64,000 nt of DNA. Origin: an uncultured Flavobacteriales bacterium (GTDB taxonomy: Bacteria > Bacteroidota > Bacteroidia > Flavobacteriales > BACL11). Position numbers and translations under genes: made by a program. The stretch covers positions 9,246 to 73,245 of the forward strand of contig CAJWRW010000002.1 of assembly GCA_913046315.1 (NCBI GenBank). Direction: 5' to 3'. The notes below the pieces were generated by a model. That model did no database searches and was not told the origin of the DNA. It saw only the letters and a program-made list of their open reading frames with translations. This document shows, one piece after another, positions 58,911 to 64,000 of the stretch (the stretch's first letter is position 1; every line of letters begins with the position of its first letter).

Positions 58911-61900
58911 CTAATTTTGCGATTGAGCAGCAATATACTCATCCATAAAGGTGTTGATAAGATAATCTTCTTTGCTAATCTCTTGTTTCTCTTCACTTCT
59001 GTCTTTGTAATATTTTCCATTCTCTTCAGTATATTCATAACTAGGATCGGCTAACTGGAAAGTTTGAATTAACCTAGAAATATTTGAAAGTACAGAGCCG
59101 GCAATTTGTATGTTCCTATTTAGCCCTCCTTTGTCTTTTAGTGCATTGATATAAGTGAATTCATCCAAAAAGGTTTCGATCATATCTGCTAAAATTATAT
59201 TGCCCTTTTCTTTTTCGTCCAATCGATAATAAGTATTTACAAGCGGGAAAGCATATACATTAAATGGAGCAGTGGTATTTGGCATTTGTTCAGCACATCT
59301 GTCCAAAACCGCAACAGCATCTTCCTTTCTTTCCATCACAAAAAGGGTTTCAGCTAAACGCGCATAATTATTCCTGAAATTCATTACCATTCTTGTGTTG
59401 GTTTCATCCAAGTAAACATCAGGGTTATTCAAACCTCCCCAAGAAAATTTATTCATTAAGTTATCATACATAATATCTACATTTACCTCACCTGTTTGTC
59501 CGTCTGGGGAGTTAGTTTCATAAGGCACTAAACGATAAGTAAGCCCTTCCAATTGAAAATATTTTCCCAATCCCATGAAATTATCTGACCCAACTGTGAT
59601 GGCAAAATAAATTGGCCGTTCCCAATTGTTGTGTGCCAACATATCCAAAACCATCAATTGGTTTTTGTAAAAGCCACTTCCTTTTATTTTCCATCTTATT
59701 TCAGGAAGGATTTCATCAAACTTTTCTTGAGGCACAGTTCCATTTGCTTTTACTTTTTCAATATCAACTGAGAGCTTTAGTTTTTTTGCTGGGCAATAAT
59801 TACGCTTACCAGCATTGGTCACAATCTTTGTCTGATTTTTATCACTTCTAATAAAATCAACCACTTCCTTTACATCCACATAGCCAAGGCCTCTGTCGCT
59901 AATTGGGATATAATCTCTTGTCCCAGTTCTGTATTTTTCATTGGTAAATGAAGAAGGAATTGGAGGAGCATCATAAGTTGCTCTTTTCATTTGATCGATA
60001 TACCATGAAGTGTTAAATAGGCTCAAATTCACAATTTTTATATCAGTCCTTAGTCCCTCTACTTCTTGCATATACCAAAGTGGGAAAGTATCATTATCTC
60101 CATTGGTAAATAGTATAGCGTTTTTTTCACAAGAGTTCAAATAATTAGCGGCCACTTCTCTAGCTGTAAACCTCCCAGTTCGGTCATGATCATCCCAATT
60201 CTCCGAGGCCATTAATGTTGGCGCTAAAAGAAGTCCAATGGCTGTTGCTAGCCCAGCACTTGTAGTAGCGTTCATTTTATTCTTCAAAAAGTCATAAATG
60301 CCTAAAACACTCATTCCTATCCAAATGGCAAAGGCATAAAAAGAACCTACATAGGCATAATCTCTTTCTCTTGGCTGGAAAGGTGTGATATTCAGATAGA
60401 GAATAATTAATACGCCTGTAAAAAGGAAAAATAATAAAACAACTATCGCATCTTGCTTACTTTTTCTGAAATGGAAAAACATACCAATCAGCCCTAAAAT
60501 TAAAGGCAAGAAATAATAATGATTTTTCCCTTTATTGTTTTTTAAATAATCAGGTAAATTTACATCAGATGGTTGCCCTAAGCGTGCATTGTCAATAAAA
60601 GAAATACCGCTTTCCCAATTCCCATGTAGAACATTTCCATCCATATTCATAAAGTCGTTTTGTCGTCCAGCAAAATTCCACATAAAATACCTAAGGTACG
60701 ACCAACCAATTTGGTACTTAAAGAAGAAAGATAGATTTTGTGAGAAAGTAGGTGTTTTGTCTTTATTGGTTTTGCTTAATCCTCCCCAATTTCTATAACC
60801 TATCGCATGTCTTGACTGCGTATTGCTCCACATTCTTGGGAAAATAGTTTTATGTCTTGAAGCATAATTTGGAATGGTGTTTTCTCTTTTGTCAATCACT
60901 ACATATTTTCCTCTCTTCTCATCTCTTTCATATACGGGATTCCCATCCAAATAAGGCTCTTTATTATCTAACTTTGCATTAAAGTAATGTCCGTAAAGAA
61001 TTGGCCAACTTCCATATTGTTCCCTTTTCAAATAAGACAAAAGCCCAACTGCATCCTCAGGGTTATTTTCATCAATAGGAGGGTTTGAGTTAGAACGCAC
61101 TACCAAAATAGCAAAAGAAGAATATCCTATAAGTAAAACTGTAAAACCAAGAATAGCTGTGTTCCATACCGCTTTATTATGCTTTTTAGTGTATTGCAAT
61201 CCAAAAATTATAGTGGCTATCAGCACCACAAAGTACAATATTGTACCAGAGTTAAAAGGTAAGCCAATAGTATTAACAAAAAACAATTCAAAGGAAGAGA
61301 TTAAACTTACTGCCATTGGAATAATCACCCCTTGTACAAAACCTAAAAGAACCATAGAAATAACAAATGCTTTTATAGCGCCCATTTTAGAATACTCATA
61401 ATTTTTGTAATAGTAAATCATGCCCATTGCTGGGATGGTAAGTAAGGAAAGTAAATGCACGCCCACCGATAAACCAATTAAATAAGCAATTAAAACCAAC
61501 CACCTGCTTGCATGAGGCTGATCGGCTTCTCTTTCCCACTTCATAATACACCAGAAGGTAATTGCTGTAAAGAAAGAAGACATTGCATACACCTCACCTT
61601 CTACAGCTGAAAACCAAAATGAATCAGAAAAAGTATAAGTTAAAGCACCCACTAATCCACTTCCTAAAACAGCATACATTTTACCACTATCCATTTCTTC
61701 CGATTTAGCAAATAACTTTCTTCCAAAAGCAGTAATTGTCCAGAACAAAAACAAAATGGTTAAAGAGCTACAAAGTGCTGACATGATGTTAATTGCAACT
61801 GCAACCTGAGAAGTACCAGGAGTGGCAAATAAACTAAATATTCTGCCAAAAAGTTGAAACAAGGGGGCGCCAGGAGGGTGGCCCACTTCTAATTTATAAG

Positions 61901-62027
61901 CAGTTGAAATGTATTCTCCACAATCCCAAAAGCTAACAGTTTGTTCTATGGTAGAAAGATATACAAAAGAAGCAATTGTAAAAACGCTCCATCCTAATAT
62001 ATTGTTCAGTTTATTATAATTGTTCAT
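58911..62027 (-). CDS. DUF2723-domain polytopic membrane protein (TMEM260-like, putative GT-C glycosyltransferase)
   Basis: N-terminal 'VSFWDCGEYISTAYKLEVGHPPGAPLFQLFGRIF' is the DUF2723 hallmark as I recall it. About 12 or more TM helices followed by a roughly 450-aa soluble helical C-terminal region. Confidence 0.8.
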   Translation of the reverse strand: MNNYNKLNNILGWSVFTIASFVYLSTIEQTVSFWDCGEYISTAYKLEVGHPPGAPLFQLFGRIFSLFATPGTSQVAVAINIMSALCSSLTILFLFWTITAFGRKLFAKSEEMDSGKMYAVLGSGLVGALTYTFSDSFWFSAVEGEVYAMSSFFTAITFWCIMKWEREADQPHASRWLVLIAYLIGLSVGVHLLSLLTIPAMGMIYYYKNYEYSKMGAIKAFVISMVLLGFVQGVIIPMAVSLISSFELFFVNTIGLPFNSGTILYFVVLIATIIFGLQYTKKHNKAVWNTAILGFTVLLIGYSSFAILVVRSNSNPPIDENNPEDAVGLLSYLKREQYGSWPILYGHYFNAKLDNKEPYLDGNPVYERDEKRGKYVVIDKRENTIPNYASRHKTIFPRMWSNTQSRHAIGYRNWGGLSKTNKDKTPTFSQNLSFFFKYQIGWSYLRYFMWNFAGRQNDFMNMDGNVLHGNWESGISFIDNARLGQPSDVNLPDYLKNNKGKNHYYFLPLILGLIGMFFHFRKSKQDAIVVLLFFLFTGVLIILYLNITPFQPRERDYAYVGSFYAFAIWIGMSVLGIYDFLKNKMNATTSAGLATAIGLLLAPTLMASENWDDHDRTGRFTAREVAANYLNSCEKNAILFTNGDNDTFPLWYMQEVEGLRTDIKIVNLSLFNTSWYIDQMKRATYDAPPIPSSFTNEKYRTGTRDYIPISDRGLGYVDVKEVVDFIRSDKNQTKIVTNAGKRNYCPAKKLKLSVDIEKVKANGTVPQEKFDEILPEIRWKIKGSGFYKNQLMVLDMLAHNNWERPIYFAITVGSDNFMGLGKYFQLEGLTYRLVPYETNSPDGQTGEVNVDIMYDNLMNKFSWGGLNNPDVYLDETNTRMVMNFRNNYARLAETLFVMERKEDAVAVLDRCAEQMPNTTAPFNVYAFPLVNTYYRLDEKEKGNIILADMIETFLDEFTYINALKDKGGLNRNIQIAGSVLSNISRLIQTFQLADPSYEYTEENGKYYKDRSEEKQEISKEDYLINTFMDEYIAAQSQN

Positions 62028-62155
62028 CGTCTTATTTTGCGAATTTTTGAGTTTGCGAATTTAAGAAATAAATAATGATTTTAGCTAATAACGAAATTTT
62101 GATAAAATATTTTGCCCTGCTAACATTATTGTTATTTTTGCCGTCCACTATTTAT

Positions 62156-62228
62156 TGCCCGGTGGTGTAACTGGCAACACGTCTGGTTTTGGTCCAGAAG
62201 AGTCTAGGTTCGAGCCCTAGCCGGGCAA
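62156..62228 (+). tRNA. tRNA-Gln (anticodon UUG)
   Basis: Hand-folded cloverleaf. Acceptor TGCCCGG/CCGGGCA (U1-A72, typical of bacterial tRNA-Gln). D stem GTGT/ACAC. Anticodon stem TCTGG/CCAGA with loop TTTTGGT. T arm CTAGG-TTCGAGC-CCTAG. Discriminator A. CCA not encoded. Confidence 0.9.
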
Positions 62229-62368
62229 CTATAAGAAAAGCAGTCAAATTTTTGTAACTGTTTACCCCATATTTCGTTATAATAATACAAATAAAGTTGT
62301 TGTTTTTTGTTATATTTGTTGCCACATTTTCTAAAAGCAAGTAAGAAAACAAAACAAAGACAAGTATT

Positions 62369-64000
62369 ATGGATGAAAACTTTACTCAAGGGTTTAAGAG
62401 GATATTTATCGCCTGTACCTTAATTTTTTTAACAAATCAGACTGTTTTGTTCGCGCAAAATTGTACCACACCCAATTCCCCTAATGTTACAAACATTTCA
62501 AATTTTACCGCAACACTGAATTGGCATTATTCAGCAGGAGTTGATAACTATAGGCTAAGGTATAAAATTGTAGGAGCTGCTGTATGGTCATTTAAACATG
62601 GAATACCTGGAGACTCTTCTAATCACCAACTACAAGGGTTAATTTCTGACACAACATATATTTGGCAATTAAAAGCATTCTGTACAGGAACACCTTTAAT
62701 TCGTTCTTCTTGGTCAGTTATTGACACATTTTCTACAACCAACTTTCCAACAGATTGTAATAACACACTAAATGGTACGGCTTGGATTGATAGTTGCGGT
62801 AATTGTGTTGGCGGAAACACTTTCAGTTCTCCTTGTATTGCTTTTTCACCATCTATATCAATATCATTAGGATCTTTCATTTGTAACGACACCACTTCAG
62901 TTACATTTAATACAAGCCAAGATCCGAATGAACCAGATATTTCTTCAGCAGTTTTTTCTTCTGATTCCGGCTCTTTTAATTTAAGTGGACTAAATACAAA
63001 TGACACAATTGGAAGTAGCACTATAATTGCAGGTGGCGGCTATATTAATATAAACACTACACTGCTTGTTGATTTTATAATTTCTCCTACTAAGATATCT
63101 GTAAAAGCTATTGATGACAGTAGCGGTCAGATTTATGGCTCATTTACAATTGAAAATAATATTGGAGGAGGAATACTTGTTGTTGCTACTTCGCCACCTG
63201 ATAATAATAATGTAACTTCTGGAAACAGCCAAACAATAATCATTACCAACTTATTTGTAAATCCAAACCCCACAAATTTAACGTTTAATTCTAGCGTTAT
63301 TTCTGAATTAGGAGATATTGACGTACAAAACTTTCCTTTTTCGATTAACTGTTTATTAGTTGATTGTAATGGAGAAGTTAATGGTACTGCATGGACGGAC
63401 AGTTGTGGTAATTGTGTTGGTGGTAATACGGGTAATCTTCCATGTATTCCATTTAGTCCAACAGTGAGTGTTTCTTTGTCTAATACAGACTGTGATAGTT
63501 TAACAGACTTGACTATCAATGTGAGTCAAGATCCTAATGAGCCGGATATGGCTACTTCATTGTTTGCTTCAAATAATGGATCATTTGCTATAGCTACTAT
63601 ATCAGTTGGTGATACAGTTGGTTCAGCTGTGATGAGTGCTAATGGAGGGACAATCAATTTTAATACCAATCTTATTGTTACTTCAATTATTTCAGTTAAT
63701 CAAGCAATTATTCAATCTCAAGATATTAATACGGGATTAGTATTAGGTACATTTACGATTTCCAATACCAGTCCAGGGATTAATATAACGGCTCAATCTC
63801 CACCTGATAATAATAATGTGACTGCTGGTAATTCACAAAGTATAATATTTAATAATATATTTTTAAATCCAGGGCAAGGGACCATACTATTTACTACTAC
63901 TATTAATTCTGAATTAGGAGATATTGACGTACAAAACTTTCCTTTTTCGATTAACTGTTTATTAGTTGATTGTAATGGAGAAGTTAATGGTACTGCATGG
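62369..64000 (+). CDS. large secreted tandem-repeat protein, 5' part (open at the right window edge); not in the ORF track
   Basis: My translation gives 544 codons with no stop. It starts with a signal-like 'MDENFTQGFKRIFIACTLIFLTNQTVLFAQ'. An FN3-like segment follows ('FTATLNWHYSAGVDNYRLRYKI...TTYIWQLKAF'). Then come about 202-203-aa repeats, each opening with 'DCNG..NGTAW.DSCGNCVGGNT'. Confidence 0.8.
   Translation, partial: MDENFTQGFKRIFIACTLIFLTNQTVLFAQNCTTPNSPNVTNISNFTATLNWHYSAGVDNYRLRYKIVGAAVWSFKHGIPGDSSNHQLQGLISDTTYIWQLKAFCTGTPLIRSSWSVIDTFSTTNFPTDCNNTLNGTAWIDSCGNCVGGNTFSSPCIAFSPSISISLGSFICNDTTSVTFNTSQDPNEPDISSAVFSSDSGSFNLSGLNTNDTIGSSTIIAGGGYININTTLLVDFIISPTKISVKAIDDSSGQIYGSFTIENNIGGGILVVATSPPDNNNVTSGNSQTIIITNLFVNPNPTNLTFNSSVISELGDIDVQNFPFSINCLLVDCNGEVNGTAWTDSCGNCVGGNTGNLPCIPFSPTVSVSLSNTDCDSLTDLTINVSQDPNEPDMATSLFASNNGSFAIATISVGDTVGSAVMSANGGTINFNTNLIVTSIISVNQAIIQSQDINTGLVLGTFTISNTSPGINITAQSPPDNNNVTAGNSQSIIFNNIFLNPGQGTILFTTTINSELGDIDVQNFPFSINCLLVDCNGEVNGTAW
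62753..64000 (+). repeat. in-frame tandem coding repeats, period 606-609 nt (units begin 62753, 63362, 63968)
   Basis: 63301-63394 is identical base-for-base to 63907-64000 (94 nt, limited by the window end). The first unit is much more diverged. Confidence 0.85.

Noticed and set aside
62156-62368. tRNA-Gln as a possible genomic-island integration site.
   Set aside because: There is no integrase, no transposase and no direct repeat of the tRNA 3' end visible within the window. The accessory character of the flanks is suggestive only.
62152-62389. Two minus-strand ORFs (62152-62352, 62204-62389) across the tRNA region.
   Set aside because: They overlap the hand-folded tRNA-Gln on the opposite strand and the AT-rich spacer. 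There are no motifs, so they are almost certainly spurious.
62623-63519. Minus-strand ORFs 62623-63021 and 63133-63519.
   Set aside because: They are antisense to the 544-codon open plus-strand frame, which has a signal peptide, an FN3-like domain and in-frame tandem repeats. The plus-strand reading explains the region better.

Overview
This is an AT-rich chromosomal segment (GC judged by eye, not computed), almost certainly from a Bacteroidota/Flavobacteriia-like organism. That assignment is an inference from content: T9SS C-terminal sorting domains, a PorP/SprF gene, SprB repeats, a DUF2723 protein, an S46 peptidase and a flavobacterial-style suf operon.

About 0-43 kb is densely packed housekeeping. 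It holds purF, an S46 dipeptidyl-peptidase, rluF, a nine-gene suf operon (sufA-B-C-D-S-E, DUF59, DUF2480, DUF3050), thiL, pepP, sdhCAB, a nitrilase-family amidohydrolase, class II RNR nrdJ, purQ, purD, a YebC-family regulator, lepA, an LD-carboxypeptidase, metG, a secreted esterase, an AsmA-like protein, an orphan histidine kinase, msrBA and hemW.

About 43-64 kb is a cell-surface/accessory region with these parts:
- a translationally coupled five-gene sugar-tailoring operon (GT4, sulfotransferase, ATP-grasp, HAD, DUF3473 deacetylase);
- a divergently transcribed 2419-aa SprB-repeat adhesin with an embedded C-type-lectin-like domain and a type-B T9SS CTD;
- its cognate PorP/SprF gene;
- a methyltransferase, a CE4 deacetylase and a 1038-aa DUF2723 (TMEM260-like GT-C) protein;
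- tRNA-Gln(UUG);
- a large secreted tandem-repeat protein that runs off the right edge and is missing from the supplied ORF track.

The most interesting hypothesis is that the adhesin is the substrate of the flanking glycan-modification genes. It carries many position-locked D-S/T-hydrophobic O-glycosylation-type sequons.

Signs of gene decay:
- a head-to-head deletion scar joining a T9SS-CTD fragment to a frameshifted yraN remnant;
- an intact but catalytically degenerate pseudouridine-synthase paralogue;
- a comF-type C-terminal remnant next to nrdJ.

I found no CRISPR array, rRNA, transposase or integrase. All family calls rest on motifs read by eye and recalled family knowledge; no database search was run.
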